In this document: positions 9,734 through 18,163 of the stretch, piece by piece
Layout: each line of letters opens with the position of its first letter
How positions within the stretch are numbered: position 1 is the first letter of the stretch
DNA from: an uncultured Nitrososphaerales archaeon
GTDB lineage: Archaea > Thermoproteota > Nitrososphaeria > Nitrososphaerales > Gagatemarchaeaceae
Assembly (NCBI GenBank): GCA_963706445.1
Contig: OY970160.1
Location: 544,001 to 608,000, forward strand
Direction: 5' to 3'
DNA: 64,000 bases
Position numbers and translations under genes: made by a program
Notes under the pieces: generated by a model
Databases searched by the model: none
What the model saw: only the letters and a program-made list of their open reading frames with translations
Told to the model about the DNA's origin: nothing

Positions 9734-10273
9734 GGTAGAACTCCTCCGTGTTCGTGTCCATCTTCCGCTTCGCCTCCTGCAGGGATTCGACCAGGAGCCA
9801 GGACTGGATGAGTTTGGAATCTGCCGTCTCCGCCTCCTCTATCGAAAGGTGGTAATCGAGGACCAGGTGCCGGAGCCTCATGCTCCGCCGGAGCCAGGGC
9901 GTCAGGGTGCGCTGGTCGCCGAAGAAGACGAAGCGGCGGAGGCCGCGAGCTTCGTCCTTTCCGATAAAAAAAGGCCGTTGTATTTCTGGACAAGCTGGTC
10001 GACGATGGAACGCCTCCCGAGCTCCAGGTCCTCGGGGGTGACGCCTGCAGGCTCGACGATGGCCAGGGCGATTGCTCTGTAGGTGAGCGCCATCTTCTGC
10101 TCCGGGGTCTCCGCCTTCGCGTTGCCGATCTCGTCGTAGGCCTTGGCGTGGCTCTTGTCTTCGAAGACGAAGTGAAACTTCTCCCCGCTGACCGGGTCGA
10201 CCACGTCGAAGGGGTAGGTCCTCGGCGTGAGGAACGACTGCATCTTCTGGAGCTCTGTGGGCTCTGTCTCCAT
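9726..10273 (-). CDS. Tail assembly chaperone long form (gpGT-like) via -1 frameshift at 9971-9965
   Basis: T TTT TTA heptamer in correct phase; -1 frame open to TGA at 9726. Confidence 0.8.
9902..10273 (-). CDS. Tail assembly chaperone short form (gpG-like)
   Basis: ATG at 10273 immediately after tail tube stop; METEPTELQKM... Confidence 0.8.
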   Translation of the reverse strand: METEPTELQKMQSFLTPRTYPFDVVDPVSGEKFHFVFEDKSHAKAYDEIGNAKAETPEQKMALTYRAIALAIVEPAGVTPEDLELGRRSIVDQLVQKYNGLFLSERTKLAASAASSSSATSAP

Positions 10274-10275
10274 GT

Positions 10276-11169
10276 CTAAGTTATCGCCGCCGACTGGGCC
10301 TGAAAGCCCCATTTCTCCGGGAGCGGTTCTTTGCTGTCCGCGTCGTAGGTTCTGTCCGTAAGGTCTGTCAGGTTGACGACGCTCAGGGTGAGGGTCGAGG
10401 TGGACGAGAGCAGGACCCAGGCGAGGGTCCTGGCCGTGCCAGCCTTCGCGTCTGTCTCGAGCGTGACCGCCGTGTATTCGTTGGTCAGGTCTCCCTTGAC
10501 GGTCCTGGCCAGGGACGGCTCCATGAACGAAGCCTTCTGGGAACCGAGAATCCACTTGGCGCCTACCTCTCTGGTGAACGTCACAGAAATCTGCTCGACC
10601 GGGATGGCCCCAGCGTTCCATGTCACCGGGTTGGCCCCTCCGCTTGCCATGCCCCAGAGGGCGGTCGCGTCGGCCGTCGCGTGGCTCCCGGCGCCGATGT
10701 AGTCCGAGGCGCTGGGCGTGTTGATCTGGTCGTGGGCCATGGTGACTTGGACCATTATCGTTGGCTTGCTGACGTCGCCGGTTATCTTCAGGGTCTTGAC
10801 CCTGGACCTCGTGCAGGTGACGAAGTTGGTCGTCCCGTTGAGCTTGAACGAGAATCCGATGCTGAGCGACTTGTCCGTGGTCCCTGAGCCTCCGCCGACG
10901 GCGCTGATGCCGTACTTCAGGAAGGTGGAGTTCGTGATGCCGAACTCGAAGGTCGACTCGAAGACCTGCCTGCCGAAGACCATCTTATAGAAGTCTTCTC
11001 CGCCGTGCCTCCGGTAGGCGTCGTTCTCGAGTGTAATCTTGGGCGTCCACTTGGCCACGTTGGCCAGGAACACCATCGCCGGGTTTGTCGGGATGGTTCC
11101 TTCCGTCGACTCCTCCACATACTCGAGCTGGTTGACGATCTTGCTCGCATGGGTCAGGGTCGCTGCCAT
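10276..11169 (-). CDS. Major tail tube protein
   Basis: N-terminal LEYVEESTEGTIPTNP, 297 aa, beta-rich, directly before the chaperone. Confidence 0.85.
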   Translation of the reverse strand: MAATLTHASKIVNQLEYVEESTEGTIPTNPAMVFLANVAKWTPKITLENDAYRRHGGEDFYKMVFGRQVFESTFEFGITNSTFLKYGISAVGGGSGTTDKSLSIGFSFKLNGTTNFVTCTRSRVKTLKITGDVSKPTIMVQVTMAHDQINTPSASDYIGAGSHATADATALWGMASGGANPVTWNAGAIPVEQISVTFTREVGAKWILGSQKASFMEPSLARTVKGDLTNEYTAVTLETDAKAGTARTLAWVLLSSTSTLTLSVVNLTDLTDRTYDADSKEPLPEKWGFQAQSAAIT

Positions 11170-11420
11170 CAGGCGTTAACCTCCGCGACTGTCGTGAAGA
11201 TGACCTCTCTGTTCCAGGTCCCGCAGGCGGGACAATGCCAGTTTTTGACGACGCCTCCGTTGTCCGTGGGCTCGGTAAATTCTACGACTGGGGTGCCTGC
11301 ACAGGAATCGCTCAGATGCTCGAAAGTGAACTTGCCGCCCTCCTCAGGCTGTTTCTTACCCGTGGTCTCCTCGACCTGGAGGAGCTGTCGGGCTGGCCGG
11401 CTTATTAGCCTACGATTCAA
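11169..11420 (-). CDS. Small Zn-ribbon protein
   Basis: WHCPACGTW; stop/start overlap with the tube gene. Confidence 0.5.
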   Translation of the reverse strand: MNRRLISRPARQLLQVEETTGKKQPEEGGKFTFEHLSDSCAGTPVVEFTEPTDNGGVVKNWHCPACGTWNREVIFTTVAEVNA

Positions 11421-11463
11421 AAACGGGGCGCGGCCTACTCCTCTGGGGTAGGTCGCCGGGTGC

Positions 11464-11676
11464 TCAATACCACCAGGGCTTCGACGTCGAGAACCACCAG
11501 GTGACTGCGCCCGAGGGCGTGTTCACGGTGGCGTTCCCGGTCTTGTCCCAGGTGACTTCGGAGTTGTTCACGGCCCTGTAGGTGGCTTTCTGTGCCTCCC
11601 TCTCCTCTGAGGTGGCGAACTGGAAAAGGTTGTCGGCTCCCGTGTCGTTGTTTCTGACGTAGAGCGGGAAGGTCAA
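11464..11676 (-). CDS. Hypothetical protein
   Basis: TTGA overlap with upstream stop; typical codon use. Confidence 0.5.
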   Translation of the reverse strand: MTFPLYVRNNDTGADNLFQFATSEEREAQKATYRAVNNSEVTWDKTGNATVNTPSGAVTWWFSTSKPWWY

Positions 11677-12056
11677 GATGCTGGGGCTCCTGCTGCAAAC
11701 TTGGCGTCGAGGGCTGCTACGAGGGCGTTGGCGATGGCCTGGTCAGATGCCGGGAGCTTTGCGATCTCTGTCTGGGCGATTGCCTTTGCGTCCGTCCAGG
11801 TCTTGGCGATTCCGGCGGTGGTGGTGGTCGACCCGACCGGGACGGTCCCGGTGTCGACGAAGGCGATGAGGTCAGAGACCACGTCGCCTCCCAGGACTCC
11901 GACTCCTGTGGCGACGGCGGTGACGAGGGCCTGGTGTGCAGGCGAGAAGGCGCTTGCGATTGCTGGGACGTTCCCGGCCACGAAGCCGAGCACGCCTCCG
12001 AGAGACCAGAGGATGCGGTCGAGGATGTTCTTCTGCTTTAGCGACAGTGATACCAT
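11673..12056 (-). CDS. Small two-helix membrane protein (holin-like candidate)
   Basis: Two hydrophobic segments after a basic N-terminus; preceded by promoter motif. Confidence 0.55.
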   Translation of the reverse strand: MVSLSLKQKNILDRILWSLGGVLGFVAGNVPAIASAFSPAHQALVTAVATGVGVLGGDVVSDLIAFVDTGTVPVGSTTTTAGIAKTWTDAKAIAQTEIAKLPASDQAIANALVAALDAKFAAGAPAS

Positions 12057-12080
12057 TTGCGAGTTCTCAAGTCGCAGGCA

Positions 12081-12091
12081 CCGTCTTTAAC
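12081..12091 (-). promoter_or_regulatory. Viral late promoter-like motif GTTAAAGACGG
   Basis: 35 nt before ATG at 12056. Confidence 0.55.
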
Positions 12092-12096
12092 GGGAC

Positions 12097-12390
12097 TCAG
12101 GCCTTGACCTTCTCGTAGTAGGCCGTCACGGTGCCTACCGAGTGGACCCACTCCGGCTTGTAGTCGGCCGCTTCGCCTGGAGGCTCCGGGGCTTCCCTGA
12201 ACCCGCTGAAGTCCCACCAGCTGATGCCCGCCGCCGGGTTCGCCTTGAGCAGGAGGACCTGCTGGGCCACTTCGAGCTCCATCTTCCATTTCTTGTCCTT
12301 GTTGGCGTTCCCCTTCGCCCAGACGTGGACGGAATGGTTGTCCAGGTATTCCCACCTGGCCGCCCCCATGCTCGTAGGCCTGAGGACGGG
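12097..12390 (-). pseudogene. 3' remnant of a probable tail terminator/completion gene
   Basis: Gene-like frame PVLRPTSMGAARWEYLDNHSVHVWAK...GTVTAYYEKVKA joined out of frame to the capsid gene. Confidence 0.55.
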
Positions 12391-13225
12391 TGAGGTCGGG
12401 GTCGAAGATGGTCTTGACTTGTGGGTATCCGATGGCTCCGAGGTCCGCCGTCCCTGCGTCGAGGGCAGCGGCCGGGTTGTGGTATCTGACGAAGGTGTTG
12501 CTGCGGAAGTTCTTCCAGACGGTGGGGTGCATGGCGACCGTGTCGACCTGGAACCCAGACTGCGCGATGGCGTCATACTGGGCGTCGATGTCGGTCAGCG
12601 GGTTGTAGAGGCTGAAGTCGTTGTTCGAGTTCATGGTGGCGTAGCTGCCGACGCCTGCTCCTGCGCCTGCGTCCGACTCTGCGATCGTGGCCAGCTGGCT
12701 GTTCTCCAGCTTGACGAGGGCCATGGCGGCGTTGCTGACGTGGAGGGCGAAGACGTCGTGGACTGCCTGCTTCTCGGACTCGTCCGAGAGCAGTATGTGG
12801 GCGACGTTCTTGCCGATGGCTGCCAGGTCGAAGGTCGTCCTGGCGTAGGTCTGCTTGACGACCTGGGCCTCCTCCAGCGGGAGGATGCGGCCGGTCGCCG
12901 AGAACTTGGTGCCGAGGTCCACACTGAGGACCAGCTGCGGCGAGTTGATGATCTGGAAGCACTCCCTCAGGCGGTATTGTCTGAAGGTCAGACCGAGGAC
13001 CTGGTCGAGCACGACTATCGCCTTGATGGTCGAGCTGTCCGGGGTGTCGAAAATGCCTGCGCGGAGCTCCTGTTCTGCGGCTCTCAGGAACCTGGGCTCT
13101 ACTTCGGTGGGCCTGCCTTTCGCTCCGAACTTGGCGACGTATTCGCTGGTCTCGGGGTGGCCGACCGCTCCTCTGTAGAAGACCTGGTCGTCAGGGTTGA
13201 ACCAGGCGAGGTGTGTTCCGTCCAT
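12389..13225 (-). pseudogene. Major capsid protein (HK97-like), truncated after ~279 aa
   Basis: Follows scaffold and cement genes; LSDES...HVSNAAMAL...FQVDTVAMHPTVW...GYPQVKTIFDPDLT, then atypical read-through to 12038. Confidence 0.8.
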
Positions 13226-13228
13226 GTC

Positions 13229-13669
13229 CTATGCACTTATCCCCGCTCGGTAGCCGAGCAGAATCCTTCCGGTGCCGTTCTTCGTGATGGCTTCGTAGGC
13301 CATGCCCACGATGAGCCTGAGCTCCTTGGTCTGTGACTGGACGTAGTTGCTGCTGAAGTCGGTCGCCTCCGCCAGCTGGACCTTTGTCTTGGCCGTGGTG
13401 CCGGGCTTCACGAAGTTCCCGAGCGGGACGGCTGCGACGTTGTCCTCTGCAACCTCGACGATGCCTTCGAGGAGGCACCTGCCGGTCCCTGCTTTGGTGA
13501 TGGCTTCGACCGCGACCACATAGGGGCCTGCGTCTGTAGTGTTCTGGGCGTCGTGGACCTTCCCTGCGCGTAGGACGCACAGGTCGCCTTTGACGATGGC
13601 CGATGTGTTGTCCTCGGTGAGCTGGATGAACCGCGCTCCAATCTCACTGTCTACGTCTCCTACCGCCAT
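13229..13669 (-). CDS. Capsid cement/decoration protein (DUF2190-like)
   Basis: AIVKGDLC...VAVEA...G.CLLEGIVEV...IVGMAYEA; between scaffold and capsid genes. Confidence 0.7.
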   Translation of the reverse strand: MAVGDVDSEIGARFIQLTEDNTSAIVKGDLCVLRAGKVHDAQNTTDAGPYVVAVEAITKAGTGRCLLEGIVEVAEDNVAAVPLGNFVKPGTTAKTKVQLAEATDFSSNYVQSQTKELRLIVGMAYEAITKNGTGRILLGYRAGISA

Positions 13670-15054
13670 TAGGCGCCGCCTCCTCTGTTTGCTCCAAACA
13701 AGCTCGAGTACAGTTCGTCGACGATGCTGTCAGGCGCCATGCTGTCTGCGGCGGCCGCCTGGAAAGTGACCGTGGATGCTCCCCTCGTCTTGAGGGTCCC
13801 TGCGAGTATCTTCTGATAGGTCTCGCCGATGACGTTGAGCGCATCCGCGCTGAGCGTCTTGATGGCTTCGACCTCTTTGGCGAAGTCTGCCTGCCTGGCC
13901 AGACCCGCCTGAACCTTGAGCTCTACCACCCTGTTGATGACCTTGTCGTGCTCTGCGGCGATCCTCTGGGCCTTCTCCATCTCAAGGACGTCGAGCTTGG
14001 TCTTCAAGCCTTCGATGGTGGCATTGAACGCAGCACACTTGGCGTCCATGTCTGCCTTCATGTCCGCGATCTTCTTCTCCGCTTCTGCGGGCTCCATTCG
14101 AGGTTGGTTCGCCGTCGGAGGCTCTTTAACGTGGTCCGCTTCCGAGAATTTCGACCAGGCGTAGGCGTAGAGCTTGTCGCTCTGGATCTTGTCTCCGATG
14201 AGCTGGGCGGCTTCTCCGACCGTCTTGGCCAGGCCTGCCTGGATGGCAGCCCCGACGCTCCTGTTCTTGATGGCCGCGCAGACCTTCTGGGCCGTGTCCT
14301 TGTCGCCGTACTTGTCCATCATCTTGGACAGGCACTGCTCCCAGGGGAACGAGCCAGGGCCTGACGCGGGCGCGGCGTAGTAGTCCTTGAGCAGCTCGTC
14401 CATCGACGCGACGAAGTCCAACGTCTGGGGCTTCTGCTCTCGTGCTTCTTTAACGGCCAGCTCGAGGGCGGCCGAGAAGTTGCAGGTCCTGACGTCGGGG
14501 CTGACGCAGGTCCCCTTGACCCGGGCCTGGCTTCCGAAGGCCGGCCTGGCGACGAAGGCGAGGTGCCTGCCGAGGAACGACTTGACCAGCTCCAGCCCTC
14601 CGCTCTGAGTGACGTTGTTCGTGTCTACCCGGATCTGGGGGCTGACCCACATCCATGCGCCGCTCTTGATCCCCTCCCAGGCTGCGTCGTCTGTTATCTC
14701 CACGATGCCGAAGGCGTCCTGGGCCTGGCCGACCTCGATTATCGTCCCGACCTTGTGGCTCTGCTCGTAGGCTGCGAGCTCTGCCGGGCTGAAGCTCTGA
14801 AGATCTCCTGCAGCGTCCTTGTAGGTCCCGTGCTCGTTGGGATCTCCGGGTGGACCGAGGACAGGCCTGCCGATGAACGACCTGAGCCCGTCCATGATGG
14901 CGTCCGTCGTCACGCCCCACTTGTTGAGGCTCATGCTGTCGTCGATGAGGAAGACCTTGACGTAGTGCTTGCCAGACTTCTCGTAGGGCTCGAAGCTACG
15001 GCTGAGATAGTTCAGAACCTGAGGCGTCTGGACTTGGGTAAGAGATTGTGACAC
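13669..15054 (-). CDS. Prohead protease-scaffold fusion
   Basis: N-terminal NKWGV...FIGRPVL...VSPQI...HLAFVARPAFG; C-terminal coiled coil. Confidence 0.8.
   Translation of the reverse strand: MSQSLTQVQTPQVLNYLSRSFEPYEKSGKHYVKVFLIDDSMSLNKWGVTTDAIMDGLRSFIGRPVLGPPGDPNEHGTYKDAAGDLQSFSPAELAAYEQSHKVGTIIEVGQAQDAFGIVEITDDAAWEGIKSGAWMWVSPQIRVDTNNVTQSGGLELVKSFLGRHLAFVARPAFGSQARVKGTCVSPDVRTCNFSAALELAVKEAREQKPQTLDFVASMDELLKDYYAAPASGPGSFPWEQCLSKMMDKYGDKDTAQKVCAAIKNRSVGAAIQAGLAKTVGEAAQLIGDKIQSDKLYAYAWSKFSEADHVKEPPTANQPRMEPAEAEKKIADMKADMDAKCAAFNATIEGLKTKLDVLEMEKAQRIAAEHDKVINRVVELKVQAGLARQADFAKEVEAIKTLSADALNVIGETYQKILAGTLKTRGASTVTFQAAAADSMAPDSIVDELYSSLFGANRGGGA
14120..14130 (-). promoter_or_regulatory. Intragenic promoter-like motif GTTAAAGAGCC
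   Basis: 33 nt before in-frame ATG at 14097. Confidence 0.6.
14444..14454 (-). promoter_or_regulatory. Intragenic promoter-like motif GTTAAAGAAGC
   Basis: 33 nt before in-frame TTG at 14421. Confidence 0.5.
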
Positions 15055-15616
15055 GGCTGGCGTCTTCCTGGGCCACCACCGCTTTTAACGCGGCTTCCTT
15101 GACCACAGGCAAGCCGGCCGCCACCTCCTCGGCGAGCTCCTCGAGGAGCGGCTCCATCTCAGAGAGGTTGTCCCCCAGGTGCAGGCCGGGGCAGACCTGC
15201 TGGGCGTCTTCCAGGTAGCCCACGTTGCCGTCGGCGTCATAGTGGAACGGGTAAAGCCTGCAGGGGTGCGGCCTGGCTCCGTACACCGCGCACCTCTGGT
15301 CGTCCTTGAGGAACGGGCAAGCCTCGAAGGGCTTGACGTTGAGCTGGCTCAGGCCGAAGTCTCCCTCATGGGTGCAGTCCTTCACAAAGTCGAGGTTCGC
15401 CGGGGCCCTGGCGGCCAGGGCTTTGACGTCTCGAGGCAGGAGCGACAGGGCCCTGGGGTGGCAGCACTTCCCGCAGTCTGGCAGGCACTCGAACAGGATG
15501 AGCTTGCCTTCCTGGGTAACCGGGACCTGGACCTTGACGCCGTTCTTGGCCTGATACTGGGCGAAGGCGACGATGCGGGCGTTGGCCACCTTCGGGTCCA
15601 CGGCTGGGGGAGTCAT
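14996..15616 (-). CDS. YkgJ/FliB-family CxxCxxCC cysteine-cluster protein
   Basis: FECLPDCGKCC...CPFL...RCAVYGARPHPCRLYPF...CPG. Confidence 0.9.
   Translation of the reverse strand: MTPPAVDPKVANARIVAFAQYQAKNGVKVQVPVTQEGKLILFECLPDCGKCCHPRALSLLPRDVKALAARAPANLDFVKDCTHEGDFGLSQLNVKPFEACPFLKDDQRCAVYGARPHPCRLYPFHYDADGNVGYLEDAQQVCPGLHLGDNLSEMEPLLEELAEEVAAGLPVVKEAALKAVVAQEDASRVTISYPSPDASGSELSQP
15079..15089 (-). promoter_or_regulatory. Viral late promoter-like motif GTTAAAAGCGG
   Basis: 35 nt before GTG at 15054. Confidence 0.55.
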
Positions 15617-17385
15617 TCTTCCGTCGCATCCAGGGTCTTGTCGGTCAGCTTAAGGCCAATCGTCTTGACGCTGAGCGAGGCCGTCAGGGTCTTCGCGCTG
15701 AGCCTCACCGTGTGGTCCTTCTTGCTCAACATGACAGTCAGGGTCTTCGTGATGAGCCGGAGCGCTATGGCCAGGACCATCCTGGAGATGGCCGATGCGG
15801 CGAACCCTACCGCGAAGCTCGCAGACGCCGCCTGGCTGAACGCGAACCCGGGACTCATGGACAGGCCGAAGGACGCCTGGACCGACTGGCTGAGCAGCTC
15901 CGTCGCCGTGAACCCTACGCCGAAGCTCGCAAGCACGCCCTGGCTGACCACGAACGAGGCGCTGAACCCTATCCCGAAGGTTCCGGGCGCAGTCGCGCTC
16001 TGGACCCCGCCTGCGGCGACTGCGACGGCCGACATCCCGAGAGCGAACTCTGCAGCAACGGCCTGGCTCATCGTCTGGGCTGCCGAGAACTGGACGCCGA
16101 AGGTCCCGGAGACGAGGATGACGTTGACCTCGGCCGCAGCGAACCCTACCCCGAATGACGCTCCGACAGCCATCGTGTTCTTCTCAGCGGCGGACATGGC
16201 CAGCCCGAACGATGCGGCGACGGACTGGCTGAGAGACTCCGACGCTGAGAGCTGGATGCCGAAGGACGCTCCTATAGACACGACATTGATCTCCGAGGCC
16301 GTCAAGGCCACTCCGAACGAAGCAGCCGCCTTCTGTGTGAGCATCTGCTCAGCTGCAGACATCGCCACGCCGAACGACCCCGCTACGCCCTGGCTGAGAA
16401 GCTCGGCCGCTGTGAACCCGGCCCCGAACGATGCGCCTATGGCGACCGTGTTCTTCTCGGCTGCTGCCAAACCGACCCCGAAAGTCCCTGCGACCAGGAC
16501 GGCGTTCGCCTCGACCGCAGACATGGCTACCCCGAAAGACGCCCCGGTCGACATGATGTTCTTCTCTGCGGCGGACATCTGGACCCCGAAGACGCCAGCC
16601 GATGCCTGTTGCGGGAACGCCTCGGAGGCTGCCATCGCCACCCCGAAGGCCCCCGACGTCGCCTGACTCGCCATCTTCTCTGCAGCAACGAAGGCCGCTC
16701 CGAACGAGGCAGAGACCGCTTGGCTCATCTTCTGGGTAGCCGAGAGCCCGACGCCGAAAGAGGCCGCCACCGGGGCGGGGGATATGAGCTCGAGGATTAC
16801 CGCCTGCCATTGGGTCGACCCCGACCCCGTCTCGCCGACCGTGACGGAGCCGCCCGACGCGCTCTGAAGGTCGAGCAGGGACTCCGTGATGACGGTCCCG
16901 ACTACCTCGGTGTCCCTCTGGGTGACGCCCGCCCCCGATGCCGAGGTGGTGACGTTGAGGTTGACGACCCATCCGGCCACGGCCCAACTCTGCGCCCCGA
17001 CCGTCAGCGAAATCGTGCCGGGGTCTGACGTCCCTGCGGCCGAGGAGTTTACCCCTTCGGCGAGGACGCTCGAATAGGAGGCTGTCGACGCCCCGAACTT
17101 TCCGTTGGCCGAATTGGTTATGGCGATGACGTTAGAAGCGTTCGCGTGGGTCGCGCCCTTGCAAGTCCAGATTTCGACGTCCCTTGAGGCCGTGGCCCTG
17201 CCGACCCTCTTGGCGTAGGTGTTCCCTCCGGTGTCTGTGATGGTCGAGACGACGGTCGCCGCAAGTGCAGTAGCGACGACTACGACGATCCAGTCCCCGA
17301 GCGCGGTGTTGATGGCGGGAAGGTTGACGGTGTTGGTCGCGCTTGAGCCCTGAACCGCTCCCGTAATGTTGAAGGGGTTGGCCAT
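15613..17385 (-). CDS. Repetitive fibre protein (590 aa)
   Basis: ~200 aa beta domain, ~18 repeats of 18-19 aa starting xFG, five 9-aa C-terminal repeats. Confidence 0.8.
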   Translation of the reverse strand: MANPFNITGAVQGSSATNTVNLPAINTALGDWIVVVVATALAATVVSTITDTGGNTYAKRVGRATASRDVEIWTCKGATHANASNVIAITNSANGKFGASTASYSSVLAEGVNSSAAGTSDPGTISLTVGAQSWAVAGWVVNLNVTTSASGAGVTQRDTEVVGTVITESLLDLQSASGGSVTVGETGSGSTQWQAVILELISPAPVAASFGVGLSATQKMSQAVSASFGAAFVAAEKMASQATSGAFGVAMAASEAFPQQASAGVFGVQMSAAEKNIMSTGASFGVAMSAVEANAVLVAGTFGVGLAAAEKNTVAIGASFGAGFTAAELLSQGVAGSFGVAMSAAEQMLTQKAAASFGVALTASEINVVSIGASFGIQLSASESLSQSVAASFGLAMSAAEKNTMAVGASFGVGFAAAEVNVILVSGTFGVQFSAAQTMSQAVAAEFALGMSAVAVAAGGVQSATAPGTFGIGFSASFVVSQGVLASFGVGFTATELLSQSVQASFGLSMSPGFAFSQAASASFAVGFAASAISRMVLAIALRLITKTLTVMLSKKDHTVRLSAKTLTASLSVKTIGLKLTDKTLDATEE

Positions 17386-17408
17386 CGCGGGGTCGTTTCG
17401 TCTGGTCC

Positions 17409-17419
17409 GGCTCTATAAC
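17409..17419 (-). promoter_or_regulatory. Viral late promoter-like motif GTTATAGAGCC
   Basis: 34 nt before ATG at 17385. Confidence 0.6.
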
Positions 17420-18153
17420 TTGCCGACCGTCTCGCGCCTGACCCTGCCGTCCCACATCCTGAGGTGGACGCACTTGACGCGGGTGTCGACCCAGACGCCG
17501 TGGCCGGCCTTCTGGGCGATGAAGCAGAAGATGTGGTCCTCTGAGAAGACTATCTCTCCTCCTTCGACGTCGACGACGCGGGTGAGGTCGAACCTGACCC
17601 TGGGGTCGTCCAAGACCTTCCTGGAGATGAACATGCAGGCCGTGTTGACGGCGCCGACCTTCGCGAGATCTTCCTCGGGCATCTCCTTTGCGAACTGGAA
17701 GAACGGGCGGAAGTATCCGAACCCCGGCCTGAAGCGGCCGTCCTGGTCGGGGATGTTCACGAGGCCCCCGACGATGTCCTTGCCGTCTGCTATGAACCTC
17801 CTGATGGCGTCTCTCGGCGGCTGGACGTCCGAGTCGACGAACCAGCCGTAGTCGCTCCCCTTCGCCCGGGACAGGAGCAGGTTCCTGATGGCGCCGAGCT
17901 CCGTCATCCTATTGTGGTGGAAGTCCTCGTCGGCCCTCTGGGTTACTTCGTAGCGCATCACCTGGTGGTCGAGCCTGAAGTTCTCTTCCACGAAACGGGC
18001 CTGATCGTCTCCCTCCGCCGGGACCGCGAAGACGAACTTCAGCCTGTCCTTGGGCCAGTCAAGACGATACCACGAAGACCAGACCGGGAGCAGGTTCTCG
18101 TTGTGCTGAGGCTGCCCGCTCAGGGGAGTGAGGACGACGACGGAAGGGCGCAT
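17413..18153 (-). CDS. GT-A fold glycosyltransferase (family 2-like)
   Basis: RNLLL...WFVDSD (DxD)...DIVGG...SEDHIFC...VWVDTRVKCVH. Confidence 0.9.
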   Translation of the reverse strand: MRPSVVVLTPLSGQPQHNENLLPVWSSWYRLDWPKDRLKFVFAVPAEGDDQARFVEENFRLDHQVMRYEVTQRADEDFHHNRMTELGAIRNLLLSRAKGSDYGWFVDSDVQPPRDAIRRFIADGKDIVGGLVNIPDQDGRFRPGFGYFRPFFQFAKEMPEEDLAKVGAVNTACMFISRKVLDDPRVRFDLTRVVDVEGGEIVFSEDHIFCFIAQKAGHGVWVDTRVKCVHLRMWDGRVRRETVGKL

Positions 18154-18163
18154 GGCGCCGGGC

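Noticed and set aside
9730-9993. 87-aa ORF as the chaperone extension
   Set aside because: Wrong frame (+1) and Pro/Arg-rich; the -1 frame gives the plausible product
12038-13225. 395-aa ORF as a full-length capsid protein or programmed capsid extension
   Set aside because: Sequence after PDLT is not capsid-like, runs over a promoter motif and the next gene start, and has no slippery site
15179-16666. Long plus-strand ORFs opposite structural genes (also 6634-7956, 19370-20809 and others)
   Set aside because: Antisense shadows expected from GC-rich codon bias; no motifs
15790-16765. Possible CRISPR array or DGR repeats
   Set aside because: Periodicity is coding, diverged and in frame; no identical repeats, cas genes or reverse transcriptase in the window
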